A DNA stretch of 64,000 nucleotides from Octopus sinensis (Eukaryota). The position numbers and the translations under genes are program-made. Shown here in pieces: positions 40,157 to 53,635 of this stretch. The notes below the pieces were generated by a model, which had not been told where the DNA came from, made no database searches, and saw nothing but the letters and a program-made list of their open reading frames with translations. The number at the start of each line of letters is the position of its first letter. Position 1 is the first letter of the stretch. The stretch lies in assembly GCF_006345805.1 (NCBI RefSeq), contig NC_042999.1, positions 58,590,001 through 58,654,000 of the forward strand, in the 5' to 3' direction.

Positions 40157-42006
40157 GCTATTACATCTACCCTGAGGGACTGGATGTAGCCTAGCAAGAG
40201 CACTTGTTGCTAAGTCAACCGTAGTCCAGGTGCATTTAAACAACGTACGCTTATCACCAGCCTATTATACACAAACATGAGGGAGGTAAAACCCACTCAA
40301 GTTTGTTTTATAGTTACGCACAACACCGTCGTCTTTGTAAAACGCTGCCTACTGTACGTGGTAGTGCAATAGCTTTGGGCTCTCCTGAATGGAATCCAGT
40401 GTTCACCAATGCTTCTGAATTATTCAATGCTAGCTCTTCCCCACACACATTTTAAGCACTTTTCTTCCCAGTAGTGTAGGGTTTTGGACTTCTCTCTTGC
40501 TTGGCATAACAGATAACGGTAAACGTTTACCGTTCATTTTGTTTACTATTATCCATGAATATGCTTTGCTTTTCTCCGATTTCCCCTTTTTTTGTTTCGA
40601 GGGAGAGCTGCTTCCAGTTACGTGTACCTCCGACAAATGAATCGGTGTTTGTGGTTTTGGAGGTTTTATTAGCTGATATTAATTACTACTGGGGTTTCTC
40701 CTGTCGCTGATGCTGGCAGTGGATTTTTTTTTAATAATGGTGGTGCTTCCGTTGTGAGATCACACATAGCTGCTTGCGAGTATAACGGGAGTACAATTAT
40801 TGGTGTTCTTGTTGAAACAGGGATGAGAAACATTTTCCTTGCTACAAATAATCCCCATTAATACTGCGAGTAATAGGCGCTGCGGGTTCTATTGCTATGA
40901 TGGTGGGGGCGCTGGTGAAGGAAACATTGACTGTGACCAAAGTGTTTTGGATCTCAATGCTATAATTGCTGCTTTTGGTGACATAAGGGGATTATCGCAA
41001 GTGTTAGCATCGACTTTTGCTATTTATCTCATATCATCTGCGACTGCGGCAGATGCCTTGCTTGTATGTTATAAAAAATTTAAAAACTAAAATTTCATAA
41101 CAAACTATTTCACAATGTAAGTGAACCGCATTAAAGTAAGTAAACAAGAAAATTGATCAGCTGTCTCAATTCCTGCTCATCGTGCGAACAAACCAAATAG
41201 TAAATAACAATACCTTAGTCAGGTGTAAACAACGGACATTCCATAAAAACATTATTAATAAAGAACCTTTCTGTACACAAAGGATATGTGGCGTTTGTGC
41301 TGAAAACAAATTTCTATGATAATAATCACAACAGCAGCAAGTATTAATGATGATAACGGCGATTATGATAATGATGGGGATGATGACGAGGAGGCTGAAA
41401 TAATAACATTATAAACAACGAAAATAAAAATAAAAATAAAAATAAAAATAATAGTAATGTAAAATAACGATAACCTAATTACCAAAAGAAGTCTGCAGTC
41501 TAACACAACTCTAGACATCTTAAAAAAGTAGAAAACATCTACAATTAGTTTGGACAGCTATCTTCAAAGAAAACAAGATACAATTAAAAATACAAGACTG
41601 ACGACAATGATAGGAAAAAAAAAATACGAAGTAAAATCTTCGTGCTATACATAACAAAGCAAAAAGAAAAGCAGGATACATAAGAGAAATAAGCACATCA
41701 ACATCACACATAGCAGAAAAGCAAACTCATTAATACATAAATACACTGACTGGAATTCGAAGTGTTTTTAGCATTTGTCTGCACCGGTATGAATCAATTA
41801 AATAAAAGGAAAATGCTATGTGGAGAGGGAATATGATGTGTTTTGAGTAGATCCACGGCACTTTAATATAAACGTCAGGTTCTTCATTAATAAGTATATT
41901 GCAGTAAATACACACACACACATACACACACACACACACACACATATATATGCATATATATATATATGTATATATATATGTATATATATATATCTATAGA
42001 TGTATA

Positions 42007-42039
<33 letters not shown>

Positions 42040-42197
42040 CAATGTATATATATATATATTATATATATATATATAATATATATATATATATAGTGTGAGG
42101 CATTTATGTGTAATAATGCTCTCTATACAATATATATATATGTATATATATATATGTGTATATATATAGATGTATATATATATATATATATATATAT

Positions 42198-42239
<42 letters not shown>

Positions 42240-42281
42240 TGAGGCATTTATGTGTAATAATGCCCTCTATACAATATATAT

Positions 42282-42378
<97 letters not shown>

Positions 42379-42397
42379 AATGTATATATATATATAT

Positions 42398-42497
42398 GTC
42401 ATTATCCAGTTTATTTCAAGAATTCTTGCCAATAAAGAACCGGTTTCCAACCTAGATCCAAGGTTCCTTCACTGGAATTTCGACATCAACAAGGTAT
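42398..42497 (-). mobile_element. Short repeat with variant hammerhead-like motif (42436-42476)
   Basis: Minus strand GTGAAGG-aacct tggatct aggtt-g-GAAA-ccgg-ttc. The block lies between (TA)n and (TATG)n. Fainter relatives occur near 43950-44030 and 48960-49050. Confidence 0.4.
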
Positions 42498-42516
42498 TTT
42501 TGTATGTGTGTATATT

Positions 42517-42548
<32 letters not shown>

Positions 42549-42656
42549 TGTATGTATGTATGTATGTATGTATGTATTATGTATGTATGTATGTATGTAT
42601 GTATGTACGTATGTATGTACGTATGTATGTAAGCATGTATGTATGCATGTATGTAT

Positions 42657-43328
42657 GAAGGTCCAGAATTGTATGTTTTATGTAGACATCCTCATATATC
42701 TCTAAACTAGCACTATGACCCGGCAACACCGGGTCATAGTGCTAGTGCATGCATATACAGCTGTGTGCGTGCGCACATACACGCGAGTACTGTCCAAATC
42801 TCCGACCAATCACATACAGCTAGCTGGCATTCAATTGGCGTATCAAGGTTCGGGCAGTTTGATTGGATTTTGGATAGAAAATTGACAAAAATGTCACTTC
42901 TATTGATTTTTTAATGGCTTTGCAGGGTGACAGGGAAAATGTAAAGATGTGCACGACCACTCTTGGACGGTTTTGAATGACCATAGAAAATACGAGCCCT
43001 CTAACTGAAAAATTGTGGATTTGTATAAAGGATACACATACACACACAGACATTTTGCCGTTTATATATATAGAGACGATAAACTTCTAGAAAGTTTTAC
43101 AGATTTTTTACAGTTCTAGTGACGGATTACATCTGTAGTCTTCGAATTTGCTTTCTCTTTTCTGGTTTTGGACAACTGCATATGGTGTGGGCGATATCTT
43201 CGGAATCGACTTCACAATGTCTGCATCAATTGTCACATATTGGTATTCTTCCTGCATCTCAATCTGTTTTGTGTATCAGGTATTTGGTTGATATTTTTTG
43301 TTCCTGGATTGCAAACGCATATCCTTGT
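42657..43328 (-). mobile_element. Internally deleted RLE-type LINE 3' end in (CATA)n, interrupted by a Helitron
   Basis: GYAFAIQEQKISTKYL...CRHCEVDSEDIAHTICSCPK is joined directly to the C-terminal KRKQIRRLQM*SVTRTVK/ICKTF*KF. A short UTR lies at 42657-42705, with (TATG)n on both sides. Confidence 0.75.
42707..43079 (-). mobile_element. Non-autonomous Helitron (~370 bp)
   Basis: The minus strand starts TC(g)tctctatatatataaa followed by a (TG)-rich stretch and ends in CTAG followed by T. There is a perfect 18-bp hairpin at 42706-42746 and no TSD, and the flanks rejoin into the LINE end. Confidence 0.85.
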
Positions 43329-43785
43329 ATGTCTGTATGATTGTATGTATGTAAGTAGGTATGTGTGTGTGTTTTGTATTTATGTACGTTAACTTTAAGT
43401 GGAATCCTCATCGTCGTAAGCGACGGAGAACCAGTTAATGTATGTTTGTATATAGATTCGGGAGTTACTTATAACTTTTGCATTGCAGATCTCAAACTGG
43501 TTACTAACAAAACGACAAGGCAGTTTGTGGTTATCGGAAGTGCCTGATGTATGCATATATGAGTGTGCGTGCGGTAAAACTTGTAGTCGTGTTGTAAGTG
43601 GATGACTACCAAGGTACTACACAAGCGCATGTATGTGGTCATACTTCATTATTGTTTATTAAAATGCGTGCATGTGTATTCCATGGGTGCATATGATCGT
43701 GTGCATATATTCATCCACGAATCTCAAACGAAGTATTCCTGAAATGTTTTACAAATTTTACCGACGGTGTGTCATATAATGTATG

Positions 43786-43864
<79 letters not shown>

Positions 43865-43870
43865 TGTGTG

Positions 43871-43902
<32 letters not shown>

Positions 43903-44467
43903 ATGTATGCATGCATGTGTGTGTGCGCGTGTTTTTCCTTTTTTATTTATTAGAATTCTTCCTAGAAGGTGGGATCTGGTTTATAACAAAGAGACAAAAA
44001 AGCCTATCACTGGAATTTGGATAAAAATGACAATAATTATTACAAATTTAACCTTAGGAAAATCTTGCTGAATTTTTCTGTTCCGCTTACGGATTGCATG
44101 TGTAAAGTGTGTGCTGACCTGTCTCTTTCTTTCTTTGAAATTTCTTTCTTTCCCAGATTATTACTTAGACATTGACTGACATAATGAAGACCATCGATAA
44201 CCATTATTATGAATGTGAATTTGTAATATGAGTAGAAGAAATATTTGAAAATATTTACCTTATTACTGACTTTAGATCAGTTGCTCATATTTTCGGGACA
44301 CCTAAACTTTGCGACTAAATCTCATTTTTGGTTTGTGACTTAAATTAATATATCAGGGATTCTTTTCTTTGAACTTCATATTCTGAATGTAAAGAGCAGG
44401 AATAACTACAGCGAAGAATTTCGTACGATTCTCCATCGACTCTTTCAGTTCGCTGCATTATAATATG

Positions 44468-44677
44468 CTTTCTACTAAAGGTACAAGGCCTGGAATTTGT
44501 GGGGAGGGGAATATTCGATCACATCGACCCAAGTTCTTGACTGGTATTCAATTTATCAACGCGAAAGGATAAAAGGCAAAGTCGACCTTAGCGGAATTTG
44601 AACTCAGAACGTAAAGACGGGCGAGTTGCTGCTAGGTATTTTACTCGGTGAGATAACGATCTGCTACCTTGTCGCCT
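44468..44677 (-). mobile_element. SINE group B monomer, diverged
   Basis: gaaaggataaaaggcaaagtcgaccttagcggaatttgaactcagaacgt. Confidence 0.8.
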
Positions 44678-46163
44678 GAATGTAGTTTAATGCTGGCATT
44701 TTACTTATAAAACTAGCATATTGTCCACTGATCATGTATGGATCCGTTCCGTTATTAAGGCGAAGTAGTATGCCGTGAATAGAATTTGTTTAGTGTTTTT
44801 AGAATGCATTAATTCAGCATGACACGTACTGACTATGTCCCTTCTCTAGGCTTTCAAGATTAATAGAAGTAAAAGCCTAGTCCGAATGCTTTCAAAAGAG
44901 CAGATAGAATTTGTAAAAGGTACTTAAAAAACCAGGAGATGGTATTAAACCAAACGACGAAGGCATTTGACCAAAGTGCTACGTAATGGAATTGAACCTG
45001 AAACCACATATTTGTGAATCAAATTAGTCGTACAATTATACCTGCGTCGGTTGGAACTTCAGAAAAAAAGATAAACTTAGTTTTCTTTACATTATAACTT
45101 CCTTTCATTGAAGAATTTTTCTGCAAAACGCTCGTTGATTTTACTTATCGTTAATCTCATCGAATTGGAATTCGTTTTATCACAGAACGAAAGAATGAAT
45201 TGATTGAAGGATTTCTGACATGAACTTTATTAATTTAATGCTGCAGTGATATCTTCCTTGTTATTTTCGCCACACATCTTACTTTTCATCTATTTAGTGT
45301 GGCTTAGAAACATTCTAATTTCTATGTTTGATGGCACATCACATTCTACAGGCTCGCTTTACATACCATAAAAACAATTTTTCTTTACAGGGCATCAAGG
45401 TTTATGCTGCACTAAAACACTTTTCCACGAACAGTAGATTCCAAAACAGTTTGAAATGTGTATTTGAAAGCGATGATATACAACGGATGAGATAAAAGCT
45501 AATACATCACTGTCACCAATGACAAAGCCTCGCTAAGATGGATGTGAGCTGACCTGTGTATCATGTCGAACAGAAAAGATTATATCAATATCAGAGGTAA
45601 AAACATTCGCAGATACGACCTGTAAATGAGAAAAGTAAAAACGTGTAAAATGAAAAATAAGATTTGAAGATCTTATAGAAGGACAGCTTCTAGTATAAAG
45701 CATTAAATACGTATGAAACTTGATGACCTGCTTAGGACATTTCATAGATCAATTATAAAAGGAATCAATCTCCGAAAGTATTATAGATATAATATATGGG
45801 TATATAGATAGGTATTGTACGAAGTTTCGGAGCGAAACTTGTTTTGGAGGTCTATTTATTAAATTTTTCATGTTATTTTTAGCCCAGTTCACCGATAATT
45901 GAGCAGAGCTTCCTAGCCGTAACGATCCCTTCTTTTGTCCAGACTCATTGGAAATAAAACTGCGATATCTAATATATATGTTCTTTAAGGTGGTGAGATG
46001 TGATAGAGATTTGGGTGCTATATTTTTTAAGTCGAGCATCTGACTGCAGTTTCCTTGCTAGCGTGTTCCATTTTCCCCTATTTACGGATGTGGTAATTAG
46101 AAAGAGAGATGACTAGAGAATAAAAGATTATCTTTTGAACTTCATTAGCTAGCAGCTGTTTCT

Positions 46164-46562
46164 TATTTCTTTACTACCCACAAGGAGCTACACACAGAAG
46201 GGACAAACAAGAACAGACAAACGGATTAAGTCGATTACATCGACCCCAGTGCGTAACTGGTACTTAATTTATCGACCCCGAAAGGATGAAAGGCAAAGTG
46301 GACCTCGGCGGAATTTGAACTCAGAACGTAACGACAGACGAAATACCTATTTCTTTACTACCCACAAGGGGCTAAACACAGAGGGACAAACAAGAACAGA
46401 CAAACGGATTAAGTCGATTACATCGACCCCAGTGTGTAACTGGTACTTAATTTATCGACAAAGTGGACCTCGGCGGAATTTGAACTCAGAACGTAACGAT
46501 AGACGAAATACTGCTAAGCATTTCGCCCGGCATGCTAACGTTTCTGCCAGCTCGTCGCCTTC
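46164..46562 (-). mobile_element. SINE group B dimer with 17-bp TSD
   Basis: TSD agcta(g/a)cagctgtttct at 46147-46163 and 46563-46579. Unit spacing is 183 bp. Confidence 0.92.
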
Positions 46563-46830
46563 AGCTAACAGCTGTTTCTGCTATAAGATGCAATGCACTC
46601 ATAGATAAATGCCTGAATGACACCCTATCGCTTCATCGGAGCCTCGAATATGAAGTGATGTTTATTTGGGAAAGAATTACATTTGTGCATATATAGGGAA
46701 CGGCATCAACAATGTGTGAAATCAATACAGATTTATATCAGAAAGATGCGTATCCAAAATGTAATTAAATGTATAATGGAAATATTAGTATATATACATA
46801 CATATATATATAATTATAATTATGTATATA

Positions 46831-46867
<37 letters not shown>

Positions 46868-46870
<3 letters not shown>

Positions 46871-47070
46871 GGAGAGTTCACGAAAAAAACAAAAGATGAA
46901 GACAGGTGGTGTACAAAACAAACAGATGTATTAGTATAACGCTAAGGAATAGAAAAGGTCTTTTACGTTTCGAGCCTACGCGCTTCTGCAGAAAGGGACA
47001 CAGAAAACACAAGGAGAGAAACAAGGGAGAAAAAAATGTTTGTAGTAGCTACCGATCTATCGTGGCGATA
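46868..47070 (-). mobile_element. Putative Penelope-like terminal repeat with variant hammerhead-like motif (46961-46996)
   Basis: Minus strand cttt-CTGCAGA-a-gcgc gtag gctc-GAAA-cg-TA-aaag. It abuts (TA)n and has the same layout as 16897-17072. Confidence 0.55.
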
Positions 47071-47336
47071 TATATACAAGTATGCAGGCACTCTGAGGTA
47101 CCCGCTGATAAAAAAACAAACAAACAGACACACGCACCGGCACATACGTACACGTGCATCTGTGTAGCCAGACACACGGAGGTTGGATAGGAAGACAGTT
47201 GAGAGCACAAGATCCACATTATATACGCTTTATAGTATTTAATAACGTCTGTTAATGCTATAAGTACAAGTCCTACTCAGTTGATTAGCATTCTCAAATA
47301 GATAAAATACCTGCCAGTTATCAATCGGTACCTATA

Positions 47337-47657
47337 CTAATCGGCCATACACTCACCCTCTGACAAAGTATAACGCAGACAAAATTTACGATATATTTTT
47401 TTAGAGCAGATTATGTTGAAATTTTCCGTGTCAGTTTTCGAATGCTTGAAAACTATCCAATGTATGCATCTAGTTGCACGGTTGTTCTCGTATAAATTAT
47501 CTGTATTGGTGTATTTCCAAGATACTCTCTGAGCATCTAAAATACTCTCTGAGTATGTGCAGATCCGTTTCACGATGTCTTGGGAATACTCGTCATATAG
47601 CATCCATTTAGTTTCTAAGGATTGTTTTTTTTTTAGTAGTCTCAATTGTAGAGTCAC
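47337..47657 (-). mobile_element. RTE-clade LINE remnant (post-RT region)
   Basis: LETKWML...KRICTYSESILDAQRVSWKYTNTDNLYEN resembles RTE E.W.L....KR.DG.YTR.L...N.SW.....LYG. Confidence 0.4.
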
Positions 47658-47685
47658 TGATTGTTAACTACAATTATTAAAGCTA

Positions 47686-48250
47686 TTGGGTTGTCCGGAA
47701 AGTTCGTGCCGATTTTTAAAGGAAAGACAAAGGTCCATAAAAACTTGCCATTACATTTTTAATCAACCAAATATGAACCATTTTGTTGCACAATGCATCT
47801 CCATCTTTCCTTTAACTTGAAAATACCCTCTTCCCAGAATTGAGGTGGTTCCATGGCAAAGAATTCATCAAGGTATCTTTTTACGTCATCCAAGGAATTG
47901 AAATTTTTACCGTTAAGACTATTCTGCAGAGACTTGAATAAATGGAAATCCGAAGGAGCAATATCTGGTGAATATGGAGGGTGGGGTAACATTTCCCAGC
48001 CGAGCTGCAGCAATTTTTATCTGGTTCCCAAAGCATCAAGTGCCGAAAATTAACTTTCTAATCTTCCATTTTAAAGGGTTATAGAATTAACACAGGTTGT
48101 AGGAACATAAATATTCTTCCACGAACAGATAGATTAAACTGTGCTCTAAATGGAGGTGTAGTCAAATCCTATTTTATGGACTCAACCATGTTCTAAAATA
48201 AGTCGAAAGGTAAGCTACCTAAATCGGCACGAACTTTCCGGACAACCCAA
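47686..48250 (-). mobile_element. mariner internal-deletion derivative (565 bp) with perfect 30-bp TIRs and TA TSD
   Basis: TIR ttgggttgtccggaaagttcgtgccgattt at 47686-47715, its exact reverse complement at 48221-48250, and TA on both sides. ORF 47759-48013 has HPPYSPDIAPSDFHLF (YSPDL motif, third catalytic D). Confidence 0.97.
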
Positions 48251-48325
48251 TATTTTATAAAAAAATTTGTGTGACAAACTACAACGAAAACAACAAAAAC
48301 AAAAACAGCAACAACAACAACAACA

Positions 48326-48359
<34 letters not shown>

Positions 48360-50542
48360 TTACTAATGCTGCTGCTGCTGCTGCATTAGATATTTTATTT
48401 GCGAATATATTTACATGAAAAGTATATTGTCGAAATATTTATACATGCAGTTATTTCAGCCTAAAACATAACATTTCCACCCCAACCCAACCTACTCCAC
48501 CCTCCTGTTACTATTAACTTTAAAGGTTATTCACCATTGTTGCATTATCGAAGAGTTGGTGCCAGATTTGGCTTGTGACATTAGTTCTTCATCATTGGAC
48601 TAAATCACTTAGTGAGAAATCATTGAACGGTTACGTGAAGCAGATTACATTAACTGCGATAGCTGACAGCCAAGAAAGAGAATACATAACCAAAACCTTT
48701 CATTGGAACTGCACATGAATGTATGAGAACGTTCTGAAGATTTATGATCTGTTTCAACATTTTCGTGAAGAGTATTTAAGAGATAAGCATTAATTTTATA
48801 TTTTATCTGCTAGCACACTGTAATTAGCGAACCTGAGAAACCTCGTGTATGTGTGTCTAGCCGTGACGATGTATTTTATGCATGTCGTAGTATGTTTATA
48901 TGTATATATGTATGAATCTACGTATGCATGTATATGTGTATAGATGTATGTGGTTCTGAGTTTATTTTAAAGATTTCAGTAAATATAGAGACAGTCTCCA
49001 AGCCAGAATCAAAGCCTTTCATTGGGATTTAGACAACATCAAATAAATAGTCATTTGTGCATGCATGCATATGTATGCAAGCATGTATCAGTATTCGTAT
49101 GCATGTATGTGCGCATACACACTGAATTGCAATACGGAATGTCTCTAATTACACGTGTGCATGCATGAATGCACGTTACTGTATGTGCGATTCTGTATAT
49201 TGTAAGGCAGATATGTGTACATATAAATATGTTTGCATGTATAAATGCGTGCATAGATGTATACTCAGGCGAAACTTCTGGAATGTATGTATAGCTACAA
49301 ATGCAAAACTATGTTTAATTTGATTGGTTTTTATACTGCATTTACGAGTGCCACAAAACCATTTTCTTCCACCAATGATATTGCAGCTAACAGTTACACT
49401 CCCTCATATGTGCACATACATTCATAACTAAATAACATTGAGTAACATTAAAACATGGTAAGAAACCAACGATGCAATGAAGGAAACTACTCACTATAGC
49501 AAATCAATCCTGTTCAGAAGCAACCAACTCTTTAAAAGGAAACCGACCATCATAAACCAAACCAACCAAAATAATGAGAAACATCCCAAAAGTTAAACGA
49601 CTATCATAAACATGAAAAACCGACAGAATTTTGCCACCAAAACTACAATAACCAACCACCAGAATCACATCACACGATGCCATGAAGATATCTCAACTTC
49701 AAATATTCTAATTCTTCACATGCTACTACTACTTAGCTGTCTCCAGACCCATTACTTTCAAACCTCACATTTTTAGCTTTTGATCATGGGAAATTGGTTT
49801 CTTCTTCAAAGCGAAGGAATACACGAGATTATAATATTTAATACTTTGTCGCATATATAAAACTGTAATATTCACTGACAATATCATCTGAATTTGACCC
49901 CGTTGCTCAGCACTTCGTGAATTCGAGAGCATGTCGCTTAATATTTACTCCATTCTGCTTAAGCCTTGCAAGCGAAATGGAATTGGTAGAAACATCTACC
50001 AAGACCATTTTGAACTCAACATTCCAGCTCAGTAACGAGCTGATTTTAGCTGAGCATTACATTAAAAATACAAATTCGGAATACTCAGTCAGCAGTTAAT
50101 GTAGCTTCATTGATCGAACTAACAGAACAATAATTAGTCGAAACGTACGATTATATTATCCCATTATATTTAATATTGAAGCTACAGCACTAGGCCCCAG
50201 TCATTGGCATAATAAACACATTTTTTCAAACATTATTCCGTAACAATCTTTTGTGCTAATGATATTATTCATTGTTCAGTGTTTTTTCAGTATTGAAAAT
50301 GTAATACAAAGTACGGTCCATTTCAACCATAAAAAGAATTTATATAAAAAATAAACTGATGATATTTCTTTCAATAATAAGGACGCCTACAATTGAAGCT
50401 TGGCCTATTGACGTCTTTTTCCACTGATTCTATAGGAGTTAATCCTATACAAGTAAGATTTCTTTTGCATAATGAAAAGAAAATAGTGCTTCTACTTCTC
50501 CATGACCCTGCAGAGGATCCGGAGAAATATAAAAAAAGCAAG

Positions 50543-50832
50543 ATATGTTTCTTTATTAGCAACACAGGGCTGAACAGAGATGGGACATTACAAAGTAGAG
50601 CTTTTCTTTTTGGGGAGGGGATAAAAGTAGGGTAGGTTTTCGATCAAAAGGGATCGTAAAAAAGGAAAGAAAAAGAAAAAAAAAGCGATCAATAGGGATC
50701 GTGTATCACAGAAATGTCATGATGTAAAGTGTAAAGGTGGAGACAGATAAGGTTTATCCATGGAACGAAAAGCCTACGGTAAAGACCACGGTAACCTCGG
50801 TCAATAATGTCACATGTTAACACATTTATTTG
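50543..50832 (-). mobile_element. Putative LINE 3' UTR fragment whose end resembles the SINE B tail
   Basis: The minus strand ends ...gtcccatctctgttcagccctgtgttgctaataaagaaacatat. It lies downstream of the RT-like remnant at 51060-51340. Confidence 0.45.
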
Positions 50833-50854
50833 CAAGTAAGTAACTCTCAGATAA

Positions 50855-50911
<57 letters not shown>

Positions 50912-50941
50912 GAGATAGATAGATAGAGAGAGATAGAGATA

Positions 50942-50973
<32 letters not shown>

Positions 50974-51006
50974 TAGATAGATAGATAGATAGATAGAGTG
51001 AGAGAG

Positions 51007-51039
<33 letters not shown>

Positions 51040-51059
51040 TGAGAGAAGAAACGGAGAAT

Positions 51060-51340
51060 CGACTCCATACCTTGTTTTGTACTGGATTGATTATGGAAGG
51101 ATAGGAGGGAGCTGACAGTAGGATTTGAATTTGGCGTGCAGAGAGCTGGAACAAATATCGCAAGGGATTTTGTCCAAGGCTTTAACATCACACCCAATAA
51201 CAGACAAAAGATACCTTTTAACTCTGTCGAGTTTAATTAACGTGATGATATTCCTCACTCTGTGTTTCTCAACACCTCTATATTCTATTCCATAATTCAC
51301 AGAGCAAAATATGTCTGCAGTCATCCTTTGGGAAACCACC
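51060..51340 (-). mobile_element. L1/Tx1-like reverse transcriptase remnant
   Basis: RNIITLIKLD...RYLLSVIGCDVKALDKI...SIQYKTRY resembles ITLI.K....RPISLLN.D.KIL.K....SI.DN. Confidence 0.45.
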
Positions 51341-51833
51341 TCACAATAGATTTCTTAACGTTATCCTAGCTTTGTTATTCACGCTGTGTAGTGCATACAT
51401 GTTTATTAACTATGAACGCACAGTAAGCATATTTGGACATTAACGCTAAATTCAGATTTGTTCTTGATTGAAATAGCAATCGCTATGGTGTTCTCTTTGT
51501 CGGCATATGCATGATCACTTGTCCTCTTATGAACGATTGAAATATAGTGAAACATGTCTGGTGAATCTCCCATATTTTTCTTTGTAAAAACAAAGAGACA
51601 AAATGTATTAATATCAGTTTCGGGTTTCACAGCGAAGGCTTAAAATGTAGTTTAATTATTATAGATAATTTTCTCAGATTTTTTTTCTTTACTTTATATT
51701 GTGTTCTGTACATATGGCTAAGTAGTTCACTATATAGCCATGTAGAACCTCGGCCGATTGTCTGCTATAAAAGCTCCGGACAGACCAGTGCATTGCGAGG
51801 GAACTTCGTAATCGAAAACCGTATGCAAACTTG

Positions 51834-51912
<79 letters not shown>

Positions 51913-52211
51913 CACACACACACACACGCACACAAACACACACACACTCGCACACACACACACACGTTCTTGTTTAAGTACTGAGGTCGATTTGTTCGAT
52001 TAAAACCCTTCAATGCGGTGCCTGCATGGTCGCACTCCAATGATTGAAACAAGTAAAAGACATATATATATGTATAATATATGTATATATATAATATATA
52101 TATATATAATAAATATATGCATGTATATGTATTTATATATATATTTATATATATGTAATATATGTATCTATCTCTCTCTCTACCTATTTATAAGGTAAAA
52201 GTTATACATAT

Positions 52212-52680
<469 letters not shown>

Positions 52681-53577
52681 TATAACACATACACACACAT
52701 AATGAAAGCAAGAACATATACAAATATGAATTCAACACTAACGTAATATGTGAGGCTACGATGGTTTATGGTTACATCACGACCACTCTTCCTCTGCCCT
52801 CTTCATATGAGAAGATCTTGCCAACAATTGACTCTAAAAAAATGCAATAAACGAACAATAAATCTAACAAGCTAACATATAAATAAGAAATTGTTATACA
52901 ATAATTAACGATCTCCTAAATGTCCGACCATTATAAAGATAACCATTTTAAAAGTTAACCAACCATAAACGTAACCAGACTTAATTATCCGCAATAAATA
53001 TAATATACCAGTAGATAATGAAACAATTTACTAAACGATCATCTAGAAATAATAAACCACTATATAGATTATCTATATTGTAGAATTGTGGACCGTTCAC
53101 CTTAAAATTTAACCAACCATTATAAATAGAGTTAACGAAGTTACTTCATCTTGCCAATGAAAGGGACAGGTATTTATTTAGAGTAAATTTAATTTACTGA
53201 AAACCTAACGTCATCAAATATTTCTGTTCTACACTTTAGTCATCGTATTGTTATGAAAACCAAGTAGAGAAAAGACACGCTTCAGATTTCCAAAAGAGTG
53301 ATATTCTCATTTAACAGAATACAATAATCTATGATGGAGTGTAATACGTAACTTAACTAATTATATTATACGAAGATTATTAAACAAAACATAAATATGA
53401 ACAAAAAGTCTCTAATTTCTTTGCTGATAAAATTGTATTATATTTTCTTCTGTTAGGTTTTGATTTCACATCAGTTATTGGAACCAAATAAAGCTCGCCT
53501 CGTTTTCGTATTGTGTTAATTTTCCATCACTTATTAAATTAATCACAGCTGGCTTTTCTTCAAGGAACTAAGTATAT

Positions 53578-53635
<58 letters not shown>

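Larger units (their letters stand above)
39240..40265 (-). mobile_element. L1/Tx1-like APE endonuclease remnant split by nested SINEs
   Basis: 40157-40260 reads VISVRCLNAPGLR...LLLGYIQSLRVDVIA and continues at 39605 as VVAINEIR...GVAIYIRKHLDLEVK...VVDVN...F*LVEIHVP. This fits the APE motifs N.RGL / D...ET / GVA.L / L..VYAP. Confidence 0.7.

Noticed and set aside
40270-41090. Possible ORF1 of the L1/Tx1-like remnant
   Set aside because: The position fits, but no zinc knuckle or other motif could be read reliably.
50371-50545. Splice-acceptor-like pyrimidine tract ending ctctgcag on the minus strand
   Set aside because: The following frames give no recognisable peptide and no convincing donor.
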